From assembly GCA_963922845.1 (NCBI GenBank), contig CAWUJV010000013.1, positions 2,463 through 66,462 of the forward strand: 64,000 bases of DNA, given 5' to 3'. The DNA comes from an uncultured Alteromonas sp. Its GTDB lineage: Bacteria; Pseudomonadota; Gammaproteobacteria; Enterobacterales; Alteromonadaceae. Shown piece by piece: positions 7,937 to 17,816 of the stretch. Both the position numbers and the translations under genes were made by a program. The notes beneath the pieces were generated by a model that worked only from the letters and a program-made list of their open reading frames with translations, did not search any database and had not been told where the DNA came from. Every line of letters begins with the position of its first letter. Position 1 is the first letter of the stretch.

Positions 7937-10594
7937 TTACAAGAAGTCGTAAGAGAATCGCAAGCCTACTGTTCTTGGGCGGTTAGTGATAACCTTCGGT
8001 GTAAACTGCTGCGTGTCTATATGCAGTGTTGCACTCTCATCAAATACGTTATCGATATACAACTCGGCCTTCCACTCATCGTTTGTCAAACCGAAGACCA
8101 AATTGGCGATGGCGTAATCACCCGCAACATAACGTCCTCCCTCAAACGCATTGCCGTTGCGGTCTACGTAGTTAACCCCTGCATAGTCTGCCGCTGACAA
8201 TTCTCGCTCTATCTCAAGGCCCGTACCCCGGCCGTAGATCAGATGACTCGCATCTTCAAACACATACGCATCAGCCGTCATGTTCATCAAGCGATCACCG
8301 GTATAACTAATGGATGCATTTACAAATCCGGTTAAGCCGTTTTCCAGTTCGTAGAAATAACGTGCCCGAATATTGCCACTGAATTCAGCTGAATAGGGTA
8401 GTCGACTACCAACTGGTGGCGCTATGCCTTCTAATTCAGGGTTTAAACTCACTAGCTCAGTATCCAGCCAGCTAAACGCGGCATCAATAATCAAATCATC
8501 GGTGGCTAACCAAGTAATATCGGCATCCAAACCGCGAATTTCGGCGTCACCCACATTGTCTGTAAAAACTAAGAAACTGATGTTGGTTGGATCAAAGCGA
8601 GAGGTCTGAAGATCTGTTATTTCAGAATAAAACGCCGTGGCATTAACGCGTAAAATCCCGTCGAGGAAATCCCCTTTCAAGCCTAGTTCATAGTTATCCA
8701 ACGTATCAGTAAGCGAGTAAACAGGAATGCGATAATCAGCAAACGCACCTTCGGTCGATGTCGCTGCATTACCACCCACTCGGTTAGTCACTGGTGGGCG
8801 GAAGCCCTCAGAGTAATTGGTAAATAGCAAGATATCTTCTGTTACTTTCCAGTCGAGACCAAATTTAAAGATGGTATCGTCGACAGTGAGTACACCATCG
8901 CTATCAAGTAATGACACATCCAATTGACCTGCGTTGATGGCATCAACGTAGTCTTGGCCCAAACCAGGGAAGTTCAAAATTGCTTGTTCGCCCGAGCCAA
9001 ATGCACGTAAGCGACCGCTGACATCAGCCGTTGTCGTCGCGCCCTTGTATTCGTCTTCTATTTCATACCAACGAGCCCCAAAGCTAGCCGTCAACGAATC
9101 CGTGATATCAAAATCAAGTTGTCCAAATACCGCAATTTGTTCAATGGTATGGGTCACATCATTGACAAAGCTCACTTCGGGTGCAAACGGCCCACCATTC
9201 GAATTGATGCCCTCTGTTCCGGCCAACACTGCGCCATTGTCTCTGAAGCCCTCGATGTCTAAGCTACCTAGTTGGAATTGTCCCACTGACGCCACTTCTT
9301 GGTCGTCGTAAAACACACCAGCAGTGATACGCCATCTTTCATCCGCGTCTGTGTTGACGCGAAGTTCGTGAGTTAAGCGTGTCGTCGATGTCTCTTCTTT
9401 ATAAAAGCCCGTTGGGTCGAAACACGCTTGCTCTTCTGCGGGTAGACCCGAATACAAACACGTATAGAAAGCAGAAAACGACCCACCATTGGTGTAACCG
9501 GTATAGTCAATTGTCGAGTTAATTTCTCGATCTAAATAGCCTCCCGTATACACCACGTCTAGCTTCTTCAATCGCCCTTCCAACGTCCACGTCGTCAGGC
9601 CAAACTCATCCACATTGTCCTCTGGTACAAAGCGATTAGTTGAAGATTCGCCGTCAAGATTAGGGTCGTAAGCAAAAACGCCCTCGGTATCAAGAGATTG
9701 TTCGGTATGCTGAACGAGTAAATGCCACTCGTCATTGATGTGATATGACGCACCAATTCGCGCACCCGTGTAGGTGGCATCGTTGAAATCGTCTTCGACT
9801 AATTCATCATTGGTCGGGGCAGAAATCGCTGTAGTGGCAGGCTCTAATACGCCTGGGCTATTGGCGTAGCCAGATACGCGACGAATAACTTCTACGCTGC
9901 CACCGTACCCACCATTGGCAGGATCATTGAGTACATTGTCGATCCAGCCACCCTGTCGGTCGTTGTACATCGCTACCCGGACCGCTAAGTCATCCGTCAC
10001 GGTAAAATTAAAATAGGCCTCAAGCGTGTTACTCATTTCACCGCCTTTGGTGAAGCCTACGTCAGTATCAATGCCTGCTGAGAAGCCACTGTGATCGGGT
10101 TTATTCGTGATCAGACGAACCGTTCCCGATTGAGAGCTCGCACCAAACAATGTGCCTTGAGGACCGGGTAAAACCTCTATACGCTGGATGTCAGTGGCAA
10201 AGATATCGAGGTTGCGACCTTGCATCGATACCGGCTGTTCGTCCAGATAAAAAGCAACGGCGGGCTGAATAGCCTGTACAGACGATACCGCAATAGACGT
10301 TTGTGTCGTTGCAGCACCGCGTATATAGATTTCATTTTGCCCGGGGCCGGTTCCCTGAAACACGACGTTGGGCAAAAATTCAACATAATCCTGAAAGTTA
10401 TCTACGCCTAGATTTTCTAGCGCTTCACCATTCAATGCCGTTACAGCAACAGGAATGTCTTGAATAGATTCTGACCGTTTGGTTGCAGTGACCTCTATCG
10501 TTTCAATTTTGGCCTTCGCATCCGAGTCTTGCGCGCTCGCTGACATTGATGTCAGGGCAGCAAGAACCGCACAACTCAATTTTTTCTTGTGCAT
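7937..10594 (-). CDS. TonB-dependent outer-membrane receptor
   Basis: Signal peptide MHKKKLSCAVLAALTSMSASAQ (internal Met chosen as start), plug region (IEVTATKR...IQDIPVAVTAL), long beta-barrel and terminal ...LRFSYDFL. Confidence 0.9.
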   Translation of the reverse strand: MHKKKLSCAVLAALTSMSASAQDSDAKAKIETIEVTATKRSESIQDIPVAVTALNGEALENLGVDNFQDYVEFLPNVVFQGTGPGQNEIYIRGAATTQTSIAVSSVQAIQPAVAFYLDEQPVSMQGRNLDIFATDIQRIEVLPGPQGTLFGASSQSGTVRLITNKPDHSGFSAGIDTDVGFTKGGEMSNTLEAYFNFTVTDDLAVRVAMYNDRQGGWIDNVLNDPANGGYGGSVEVIRRVSGYANSPGVLEPATTAISAPTNDELVEDDFNDATYTGARIGASYHINDEWHLLVQHTEQSLDTEGVFAYDPNLDGESSTNRFVPEDNVDEFGLTTWTLEGRLKKLDVVYTGGYLDREINSTIDYTGYTNGGSFSAFYTCLYSGLPAEEQACFDPTGFYKEETSTTRLTHELRVNTDADERWRITAGVFYDDQEVASVGQFQLGSLDIEGFRDNGAVLAGTEGINSNGGPFAPEVSFVNDVTHTIEQIAVFGQLDFDITDSLTASFGARWYEIEDEYKGATTTADVSGRLRAFGSGEQAILNFPGLGQDYVDAINAGQLDVSLLDSDGVLTVDDTIFKFGLDWKVTEDILLFTNYSEGFRPPVTNRVGGNAATSTEGAFADYRIPVYSLTDTLDNYELGLKGDFLDGILRVNATAFYSEITDLQTSRFDPTNISFLVFTDNVGDAEIRGLDADITWLATDDLIIDAAFSWLDTELVSLNPELEGIAPPVGSRLPYSAEFSGNIRARYFYELENGLTGFVNASISYTGDRLMNMTADAYVFEDASHLIYGRGTGLEIERELSAADYAGVNYVDRNGNAFEGGRYVAGDYAIANLVFGLTNDEWKAELYIDNVFDESATLHIDTQQFTPKVITNRPRTVGLRFSYDFL

Positions 10595-10835
10595 TTTTGT
10601 GTGTTTTCCCAGAGTAATTGTTATGAGTAGAATAATTTGAACTCTACTTATATTAGCGAAGAAGCCACAAAGATCAAAGTCCTTCATATCTTCGAAAAAT
10701 GACTAAAGTATGCTTTAATGACAGGAATTTACAGAGCATGCTAATCAAAGCGGTTTAATTTGTTTCACCAGAAATAAATAGTAAAGAACTAGAATTGTGA
10801 AAATTTAAACAGCAACTAACACCAACTCTTCTAAT

Positions 10836-12824
10836 TTGAAGTATTGCATTCAGGAGTTTTTTTCGGTGGTCAAAAAACATCTCAATCACGTCAATTTACC
10901 TGTTTTCGTCTCCGCGTCATTGATTATTTTGGGGCTGTTACTGTTTGCATTAGTCGCCCCCGAATTTGCGAATACGACCTTTGGTAGCTTGCAGAGTGGT
11001 CTAATTGACAACGCGGGCTGGTTTTACGTTCTGAGTGTTGCCATTGTATTGGTCGTGACCTTGTATCTTGGTATTTCCCGTTTTGGCGAGATAAGACTGG
11101 GGCCTGATCACGCACAACCGGCTTATTCATTGCCTACCTGGCTTGCCATGCTGTTTTCGGCGGGAATGGGTATTGGTTTGATGTTCTTTGGTGTCGCCGA
11201 ACCGCTTATGCACTATTTGGCCCCGCCAACCGCCACACCTGACACAATACAAGCCGTGAAAGAAGCGATGAAAATGTCATTCTTCCACTGGGGTCTCCAC
11301 GGCTGGGCCATTTATGCCATGGTCGCGTTGATTTTGGCCTATTTTAGTTTTCGTCATAACCTGCCATTAACACTGCGATCGGCACTGTACCCGTTTATCG
11401 GCGATAAAATTTACGGTTGGCGGGGCCATCTTGTCGACGTCTTTGCCGTTGCAGGCACCATTTTTGGTGTCGCCACATCATTGGGATTTGGCTCTGCCCA
11501 AGTCAATGCTGGCCTCGCTTACCTATTTGGTTTAGACACCTCGACAACGGCACAAATCATTATCATGTTTGCCATTACGTTGTGCGCGTTAATCTCAGTC
11601 TCGACGGGATTGGACAAAGGCATTCGCCGACTGTCTGAAGCCAATATGATCCTCGCTGTCCTGTTATTGCTCTTTGTGTTGGTGTTAGGCCCTTCCGTTT
11701 TCTTATTGAAAGCGTTTGTACAAAACAGTGGAGACTATGTCGCCGATATCGTAAGAAATACCTTTAACTTGTTCGCCTATGAAAAAACCGATTGGATTGG
11801 GGGTTGGACATTATTTTATTGGGGATGGTGGTTAGCGTGGGCGCCTTTTGTCGGCTTGTTTATCGCCCGAATATCTAAAGGGCGTACCATTCGAGAGTTT
11901 GTACTAGGTGTGCTATTTGTACCGACGTTATTCACCATGCTTTGGATGACGGTCTTTGGTAATTCTGCTATTCATTTCGTTAGTGATTTAGGGGTAAACC
12001 AACTGGCCGAAATGGTAAATGCCGATGCGTCTGTTGGTATCTTCGTGTTTCTAGAACAATTTCCCTTTACTCAACTACTTTCTACACTCGCCGTTATTAT
12101 GGTCGTGATCTTTTTTGTCACCTCCTGTGACTCTGGTGCCATGGTGGTAGATATGCTCTGTTCATTCGGCAATAACGATACGCCGCTTTGGCAACGTGCG
12201 TATTGGGTACTGATGATTGGCTTTGTCTCCATGATTTTATTGTTTGCTGGCGGCTTGTCTGCGCTTCAAACTCTCACCATTGCCTCCGCGTTCCCGTTCG
12301 CCATAATATTATTGATGTCTATGACAGGGTTGATGAAATCACTTCGCATTGATCTATTTAAAAAGGAGAGTCTGCAATTTACTGCCTCACCTGTTGTTGC
12401 ACCGACGAAAACAGAAAGCTGGCAAGAACGTTTGAAGAATATTGTCGACTTCCCCAGTAAGTCCAAAGTGAACCAATTTATCGATATGGAAATCAAAAGT
12501 GCTATGGCAAATGTGGTCGATGAACTCAGCAAGTTACAAATTGATGCGAATATAGAAGACCTTGAAAACGGCTTGAAGCTAGTGGTGCAACATGGCAATG
12601 AAGAAGACTTTGTCTACAGCGTTGTTCGCCGGAAGCATCAACAACCTGAATTTGCGCAGGAAAATATAGACACTGATGACGAACAATCCTATTATCGCGC
12701 CGAGGTTCACTTGCGTGAAGGTGGCCAAGACTACGATGTAATGGGCTGGTCGAAACACGCGGTGATTAACGATATTATTGATCAGTACCACAAGCATCAG
12801 CATTTTCTGCATTTGATGCGTTAG
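10836..12824 (+). CDS. BCCT-family (betaine/carnitine/choline) transporter with a long cytoplasmic C-terminal extension
   Basis: BCCT signature WTLFYWGWWLAWAPFVGLFIARISKGRTIREF and about 12 hydrophobic helices. The non-ATG start makes the 5' end uncertain. Confidence 0.9.
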   Translation: MKYCIQEFFSVVKKHLNHVNLPVFVSASLIILGLLLFALVAPEFANTTFGSLQSGLIDNAGWFYVLSVAIVLVVTLYLGISRFGEIRLGPDHAQPAYSLPTWLAMLFSAGMGIGLMFFGVAEPLMHYLAPPTATPDTIQAVKEAMKMSFFHWGLHGWAIYAMVALILAYFSFRHNLPLTLRSALYPFIGDKIYGWRGHLVDVFAVAGTIFGVATSLGFGSAQVNAGLAYLFGLDTSTTAQIIIMFAITLCALISVSTGLDKGIRRLSEANMILAVLLLLFVLVLGPSVFLLKAFVQNSGDYVADIVRNTFNLFAYEKTDWIGGWTLFYWGWWLAWAPFVGLFIARISKGRTIREFVLGVLFVPTLFTMLWMTVFGNSAIHFVSDLGVNQLAEMVNADASVGIFVFLEQFPFTQLLSTLAVIMVVIFFVTSCDSGAMVVDMLCSFGNNDTPLWQRAYWVLMIGFVSMILLFAGGLSALQTLTIASAFPFAIILLMSMTGLMKSLRIDLFKKESLQFTASPVVAPTKTESWQERLKNIVDFPSKSKVNQFIDMEIKSAMANVVDELSKLQIDANIEDLENGLKLVVQHGNEEDFVYSVVRRKHQQPEFAQENIDTDDEQSYYRAEVHLREGGQDYDVMGWSKHAVINDIIDQYHKHQHFLHLMR

Positions 12825-12854
12825 GCTTGATATCAAAGGCCTAGTTGGGGAGTT

Positions 12855-13337
12855 TTGTTTATGCAAAGAGATGAAGAACTGTTAGTTGCTCTACGCCGAG
12901 TGATTCGCGCCATTGATATGCGGTCTAAACGCTTGAGCAGAGAGGTGGGGCTTACTGGCCCGCAACTGCTCGTCATGCAGAATATAGGTAAATTTCCCGG
13001 TATCATGGTTCGCCAAATTGCAGAAAACATAAACCTCAGCCCTGCCACAGTGACGTCAATTCTCGACCGCCTAGAAGCTAAGGAATTGGTCAATCGCATT
13101 CGCAGTACCGAAGACAAACGCCGAGTCGGCGTCTTTCTCACAGATAGCGGTTTGGCAATACTCGAAGACGCGCCGCTCCCGCTACAAGAACACTTTGTAA
13201 ATCGGTTCGCTAAACTGGAAGACTGGGAACAAAGCCAAATGGTGGCGACGATGCAACGTATCGCCACTATGATGGACGCCGAGCAAATTGACGCGTCGCC
13301 CGTACTCGAGGTCGGCAGTATCGCCGAAACAAAATAG
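12855..13337 (+). CDS. MarR-family transcriptional regulator
   Basis: Winged-HTH core GLTGPQLLVMQNIG...MVRQIAENINLSPATVTSILDRLEAKELVNRIRSTEDKRRV. Confidence 0.85.
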   Translation: MFMQRDEELLVALRRVIRAIDMRSKRLSREVGLTGPQLLVMQNIGKFPGIMVRQIAENINLSPATVTSILDRLEAKELVNRIRSTEDKRRVGVFLTDSGLAILEDAPLPLQEHFVNRFAKLEDWEQSQMVATMQRIATMMDAEQIDASPVLEVGSIAETK

Positions 13338-13452
13338 GGCGTACAAAATTACGCCATTCAATCCTTCGATACGCGCAATTCCGATGACAAAAATAGGGTT
13401 TATGCGTTACCCTATAACTATTGATTTTCAGTACGTTACAGTTAGGTGACAA

Positions 13453-14811
13453 GTGGCGGAAGCGCTAGAGACGAAATTTGCTCAAAGTCAGTTGCAAGAA
13501 CTGAACGACTCGCTATTGAGTGGGCGCTTTGTCTCTGTACGTAAACTACTTCACGAGCTACCACCGAGTGACGTTGCACTCATCCTCGAATCAAGCCCTT
13601 CTAAAACCCGTAATGAGCTTTGGGAGCTGCTCGATGCAGATTTTCACGGCGACGTACTAGAAGAACTGTCAGAGGATGTGCGTAACGGCATCATCAGTAA
13701 AATGATGCCAGCTAGTGTTGTCGATGCCCTTGAAGAAATGGACACCGATGACTTAGCTGAAACGCTGAGTACCCTGCCGGATCAAGTCCTTCAAGACATC
13801 CTTGAGTCGATGGATGCCCAAGATAGACATCGAGCGGAAACCGCACTGTCATACGGCGAAGATACGGCCGGCTTTATCATGAACACCGATACCATCACCT
13901 TGCGACCCGATGTTACGGTGGACGTGGTTTTGCGTTACTTGCGACTAAAAGGTGACTTACCCGAAAACTCAGATACGTTTTATGTCGTCAATCGAACGGA
14001 CAACCTCGTTGGCTTAGTACCGGTTCCTCGACTATTAACGGCAGACCCTGACTCACGGGTTGAAGAAGTGATGGATGAGGATGCCGAGGCGATACCTGCG
14101 GATATGCCCGAACGGGAAGTTGCTAGTCTATTCGAACGATACAATTGGTTATCTGCCCCTGTTGTGGATGACAAACAGAGATTGGTTGGTCGTATCACTA
14201 TCGATGACGTCGTTGATATTATTCGTGAAGAAGCCGAGCACTCCATGATGAGTATGGCGGGTCTAGACGACGAAGAAGATACCTTTGCCCCTGTATTACA
14301 AAGTACGAAACGCCGTTCTATCTGGTTAGGTGTCAACTTATTTACCGCTTTAATGGCCGCTGCCGTCAGTGATTTGTTTGAACACACATTGAGTCAAATG
14401 GCGGTACTAGCGATTTTAAATACCATTGTTCCCAGTATGGGCGGCGTAGCAGGCAACCAAACACTCACACTTGTTATCCGCGGTATGGCGCTTGGTCACG
14501 TTAGTCCAAGTAACAGTCGTTGGCTAATCAACAAAGAACTTGCGATTGGTTTCTTAAACGGGATTATCTGGGCCGTGTTGATTGCATCGGTTATTGCAAT
14601 TTGGAAGCAAGACTTTATGTTAGGCGTCATCATCGCCTTTGCAATGCTCATCAATATGATAGCAGCGGCGTTGTCGGGAGCTACCTTACCGATCATTATG
14701 AAAAAGCTAAAAATCGACCCAGCTTTAGCTGGTAGCGTGATTTTGACGACTATCACTGATGTAGTAGGTATCTTTGCCTTCCTTGGCACCGCGACACTAT
14801 TCTTACTTTAA
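13453..14811 (+). CDS. mgtE: Magnesium transporter MgtE
   Basis: MgtE N-domain, CBS pair (GFIMNTD..., LSAPVVDDKQRLVGRITIDDVVDII) and C-terminal membrane domain. GTG start with AGGTGA upstream. Confidence 0.9.
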   Translation: MAEALETKFAQSQLQELNDSLLSGRFVSVRKLLHELPPSDVALILESSPSKTRNELWELLDADFHGDVLEELSEDVRNGIISKMMPASVVDALEEMDTDDLAETLSTLPDQVLQDILESMDAQDRHRAETALSYGEDTAGFIMNTDTITLRPDVTVDVVLRYLRLKGDLPENSDTFYVVNRTDNLVGLVPVPRLLTADPDSRVEEVMDEDAEAIPADMPEREVASLFERYNWLSAPVVDDKQRLVGRITIDDVVDIIREEAEHSMMSMAGLDDEEDTFAPVLQSTKRRSIWLGVNLFTALMAAAVSDLFEHTLSQMAVLAILNTIVPSMGGVAGNQTLTLVIRGMALGHVSPSNSRWLINKELAIGFLNGIIWAVLIASVIAIWKQDFMLGVIIAFAMLINMIAAALSGATLPIIMKKLKIDPALAGSVILTTITDVVGIFAFLGTATLFLL

Positions 14812-16307
14812 GATTGAATAGGCAAGGTCAGACTAAACGCGGTTCCTTCGCCCAACTGGCTCTCAACGCTCAATTCACCATTGAGTAATAAACTCAATTT
14901 TTTACAAATTGCCAAACCTAAGCCCGCGTGAAGTGCATTGTCAGCTTGTCGGTTACTCGCTTGGTAACGAGCATCAAATATGTATGCCAACTCGTGTTCG
15001 CTGATCCCTACCCCATTATCGGTAACGAATAGGGTAACATCGCCGTGGGACTGTTGCAGTGACAGGGATACTTGCCCACCATCAGCAGTATGGCGTATGG
15101 CATTGTCAACGAGATTAGACAAAACGCGTTCTAGCTTTTCGACATCTGTCACCACAAAAAACTCGCTATCCAAAGGTTCGACTTTTAGCGTGATACGCTT
15201 TTTCTCAGCTTTCATTTCGAACTTGTGCGCGATGTCGAATAACAATTCTGTGACCGGAATGGCTTCTTCCGTCAACGTGACTTGACCACCTTCCAAATAA
15301 GCGAGTTCAAACAATTGGTCGATCAGTTTTTTTAAGTTTTTGGCATTTTTCAACGATGTCGCCATATAGTCTTCACAGACTTCTCGACTGAGATCATTGT
15401 GTTTTAAGCTCAAGGTTTCCAAATACCCCAGAAGGTTGGCTAGCGGCGTGCGTAAATCATGGGATAAATCAGCTAACAACATTCTGCGCTCGCGGTGCCA
15501 GCGCTCTTGTTCAGCAAACTGTCCACTGATGTGGTTCAACATATCATTAAACGCATTACCTAGTCTTGCCACCTCATTGCGGCTTTGACGCGGTCTGGGT
15601 GGTTGCTGATGATCAGCGAGGTTTTTGAATCCCGTCTCACACACCGCTTCCATATCGTCACTGAGTGATTTAAGCGGCATTGTGAAGAACTTAAACAACA
15701 CCAATAAACAAACCATTAATATGCCTAATCCCGCGAGCAGAATTAACCCCAATTGTTGTAATTCATGATCTTGTTTGAGCTGTAACATGATTGACTCGTA
15801 TTTTTGCGCGCCAATAATCACGTAAAGGTAACCTTGTAAGCCATTGCTGCTGTGTACCTCGGCCACGGAAAAGACCTTTTCACCGGTATAGTCTCTCGGG
15901 TCATCGCCCAGCAGTGGTAACTGTCTATCTGCACTCAGCATTTGGTTGATTGGTGTTAGGTCAACAGACTCCCTTACTACTTCACCGGGTTTAGCAGAGT
16001 AAGTAATCAGATTGCCTGCGGTATCGAGCAAATAAAACTCAAAGTTTGGCCCAAGTACCATCAGGGTGTGAAATAGATTTTCCAAGCCGGCGTAGTCGTA
16101 AACGCCTTCTGACAATATCGGATTATCGTGTACGAGATGCTCTGCCAGATCGATATGAAGCTGCTGTTGTGCTTGGTTGTTGACCTGCGTTTGCCACTTT
16201 GCCGTGACCAATAAGCTACCCAGTAAAATCAGTACAAACACTATTGCTATACTGATACTCAGTCGCTGATAAAAACACAATTTATGCAAGAACACTGCGG
16301 GCTCCAT
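14808..16307 (-). CDS. Two-component sensor histidine kinase (HAMP-HisKA-HATPase)
   Basis: Two TM segments, H-box LLADLSHDLRTPLANL, N/G boxes (LSNLVDNAIRHT, DNGVGI, GLGLAICKKL). It overlaps the end of the response-regulator gene. Confidence 0.9.
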   Translation of the reverse strand: MEPAVFLHKLCFYQRLSISIAIVFVLILLGSLLVTAKWQTQVNNQAQQQLHIDLAEHLVHDNPILSEGVYDYAGLENLFHTLMVLGPNFEFYLLDTAGNLITYSAKPGEVVRESVDLTPINQMLSADRQLPLLGDDPRDYTGEKVFSVAEVHSSNGLQGYLYVIIGAQKYESIMLQLKQDHELQQLGLILLAGLGILMVCLLVLFKFFTMPLKSLSDDMEAVCETGFKNLADHQQPPRPRQSRNEVARLGNAFNDMLNHISGQFAEQERWHRERRMLLADLSHDLRTPLANLLGYLETLSLKHNDLSREVCEDYMATSLKNAKNLKKLIDQLFELAYLEGGQVTLTEEAIPVTELLFDIAHKFEMKAEKKRITLKVEPLDSEFFVVTDVEKLERVLSNLVDNAIRHTADGGQVSLSLQQSHGDVTLFVTDNGVGISEHELAYIFDARYQASNRQADNALHAGLGLAICKKLSLLLNGELSVESQLGEGTAFSLTLPIQS

Positions 16308-17004
16308 CTGGATTAAATTTATACCCTACTCCCCAAACCGTCTGAACCATTGCTGGATTGGTAGCATCACGCTCTATCTTCGAGCGCAATCGATTGATAT
16401 GGGAATTGACCGTATGCTCATACCCGCTGTGCTGATAGCCCCACACGGCATTAAGCAATTGGCTGCGGCTGAACACTTGGTTGGGATGATGGGCAAGGTA
16501 AGACAGCAAAGAAAACTCGATTGACGTGAGAATGATTTCTTCATTACCCCTGAAGACTTGGTGTTGGGTGGTATCGATACTCAAGTCACCGTGTTGAACA
16601 CGGTTATCTTGTGGCGCATCGTGTGATGCCAAAGCCTTGAGAACTTCTACGCGCCGAAGCTGACTGCGCACACGCGCTTGTAGCTCTCGGATACTAAACG
16701 GTTTCGTTAAGTAATCATCTGCGCCGAGCTCTAAACCCAAAACCCGATCTGTCTCAGAATTTTTCGCCGTCAGCATGACAATAATTTGTTCTGGCTTTTG
16801 CATTCGCACTTGCCGGCAAATATCAAATCCATTGACTTTAGGTAAGGTGAGATCCAGTACAATCAGATCAAAATCGCGAGACAGTGCCAGGCTTAATCCT
16901 TGTTCTCCACAGTTTGCAACTTCGACTTCAACACCGATTTCAGCCATATTTACGCGCAATAATTCAGAGAGGTCTTTATCATCTTCAACAACGAGTATCA
17001 TCAT
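16282..17004 (-). CDS. OmpR-family response regulator
   Basis: Receiver domain (MILVVEDD...DLIVLDLTLP...LTAK) and winged-helix output (VWGVGYKF). An internal Met with GGAG upstream was chosen over the ORF-track start at 17043. Confidence 0.9.
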   Translation of the reverse strand: MMILVVEDDKDLSELLRVNMAEIGVEVEVANCGEQGLSLALSRDFDLIVLDLTLPKVNGFDICRQVRMQKPEQIIVMLTAKNSETDRVLGLELGADDYLTKPFSIRELQARVRSQLRRVEVLKALASHDAPQDNRVQHGDLSIDTTQHQVFRGNEEIILTSIEFSLLSYLAHHPNQVFSRSQLLNAVWGYQHSGYEHTVNSHINRLRSKIERDATNPAMVQTVWGVGYKFNPDGARSVLA

Positions 17005-17309
17005 ATCTCCAGACTCCCCAAAAAAATTGCCTTGCCTCAGCAAAGCACAGAATAGTGGCGGGGAGAGGCCAATGTTATTACGGTATGACCGGGCTCACCG
17101 AAGGGGATGGTGAACCCAATCAAAAATATGACCGCCTCGCACCCGAATTAATTGCAAGTAAAAAGCACAAGAAGTGGTCGAACCAATACGAATAGCTCAA
17201 CCCATGAGAACAGTGTGGCAGGGATCTATCCCAAAAGTATCACGAAGAGTTAAGAATTAAGTCACAAATCCACGGGCCTGACAAAACACGAGAATCTTGT
17301 TAAAACGCG

Positions 17310-17741
17310 CTAATCGCGGTAAACGTGTTCTTTCATTTCCTGACACATTTTCACATCGGCACAAAACTCTGCTGTTGGTCTTGCCAGCAATCTCGGGATA
17401 CCAATGGGCTCACCAGTTTCTAAACAATATCCATATTCACCAAGTCGAATTCGTTCGAGTGATTGTTGAATTTTAGGTAACAGTTTTTGCTCTCTATCTA
17501 CAATACGCATTAGGATGGCACATTGCTCTTCCCAGCTCGCTCTATCACTTAAATCGCTTAAATCCGGCGGACTTAACATTTGCTCTTTTGCGTCTCTAAT
17601 TCGCTCTCGTGTTGCGTCGTGCAGTTTGACGAGTAGTTCTCGAAAAAACACCAACTGGTCTGTATCCATATAGTCGGCGTCTGGCGCATTGATTAAACGT
17701 TGTTCTTCCGGTGAATACTGTTTTCTCAGTTTGGTATGCAT
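17310..17741 (-). CDS. dksA2: DksA-family RNA-polymerase-binding protein, DksA2-type (zinc finger lost)
   Basis: The coiled-coil tip DxxDxA is kept (SDLSDRAS). The C-terminal YGYCLETGEPIGIPRLLARPTAEFCADVK has CxxT...CxxV instead of the CxxC...CxxC Zn finger, as in Pseudomonas DksA2. Confidence 0.8.
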   Translation of the reverse strand: MHTKLRKQYSPEEQRLINAPDADYMDTDQLVFFRELLVKLHDATRERIRDAKEQMLSPPDLSDLSDRASWEEQCAILMRIVDREQKLLPKIQQSLERIRLGEYGYCLETGEPIGIPRLLARPTAEFCADVKMCQEMKEHVYRD

Positions 17742-17766
17742 TGTTGTCTCCGTTTCCTCACCTTAA

Positions 17767-17789
17767 CATACGTTATAACATAACATTAA
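17767..17789. promoter_or_regulatory. Candidate Zur box in the dksA2 promoter
   Basis: CATACGTTATAACATAACATTAA compared with the gammaproteobacterial Zur consensus GAAATGTTATAATATAACATTTC. The core GTTATAACATAAC (17772-17784) matches 12/13 and the whole site 17/23. It lies 31-43 bp upstream of the dksA2 ATG. Confidence 0.6.
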
Positions 17790-17816
17790 GAAAATAGATC
17801 ATTACAATATGTTCCC

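Noticed and set aside
10595-10835. Search for a Fur box in the promoter of the first TonB-dependent receptor (also done in 61614-61971)
   Set aside because: There are AT-rich segments with GAATAAT- or AATCATTAT-like pieces, but no 19-mer came close to GATAATGATAATCATTATC when aligned by eye.
12833-13267. 144-aa minus-strand ORF
   Set aside because: It lies entirely antisense to the well-supported MarR gene. It is Ser/Arg/Cys-rich and low in complexity, which is typical of a shadow ORF.
13395-13418. Hairpin ATAGGGT-N9-ACCCTAT in the mgtE leader
   Set aside because: I considered a Mg-sensing leader. It has no resemblance to the M-box, and the leader is only 115 bp, so it is left unannotated.
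13980-14387. 135-aa minus-strand ORF
   Set aside because: It is antisense to mgtE, has a Ser/Thr/Arg-rich composition and matches no recognisable family.
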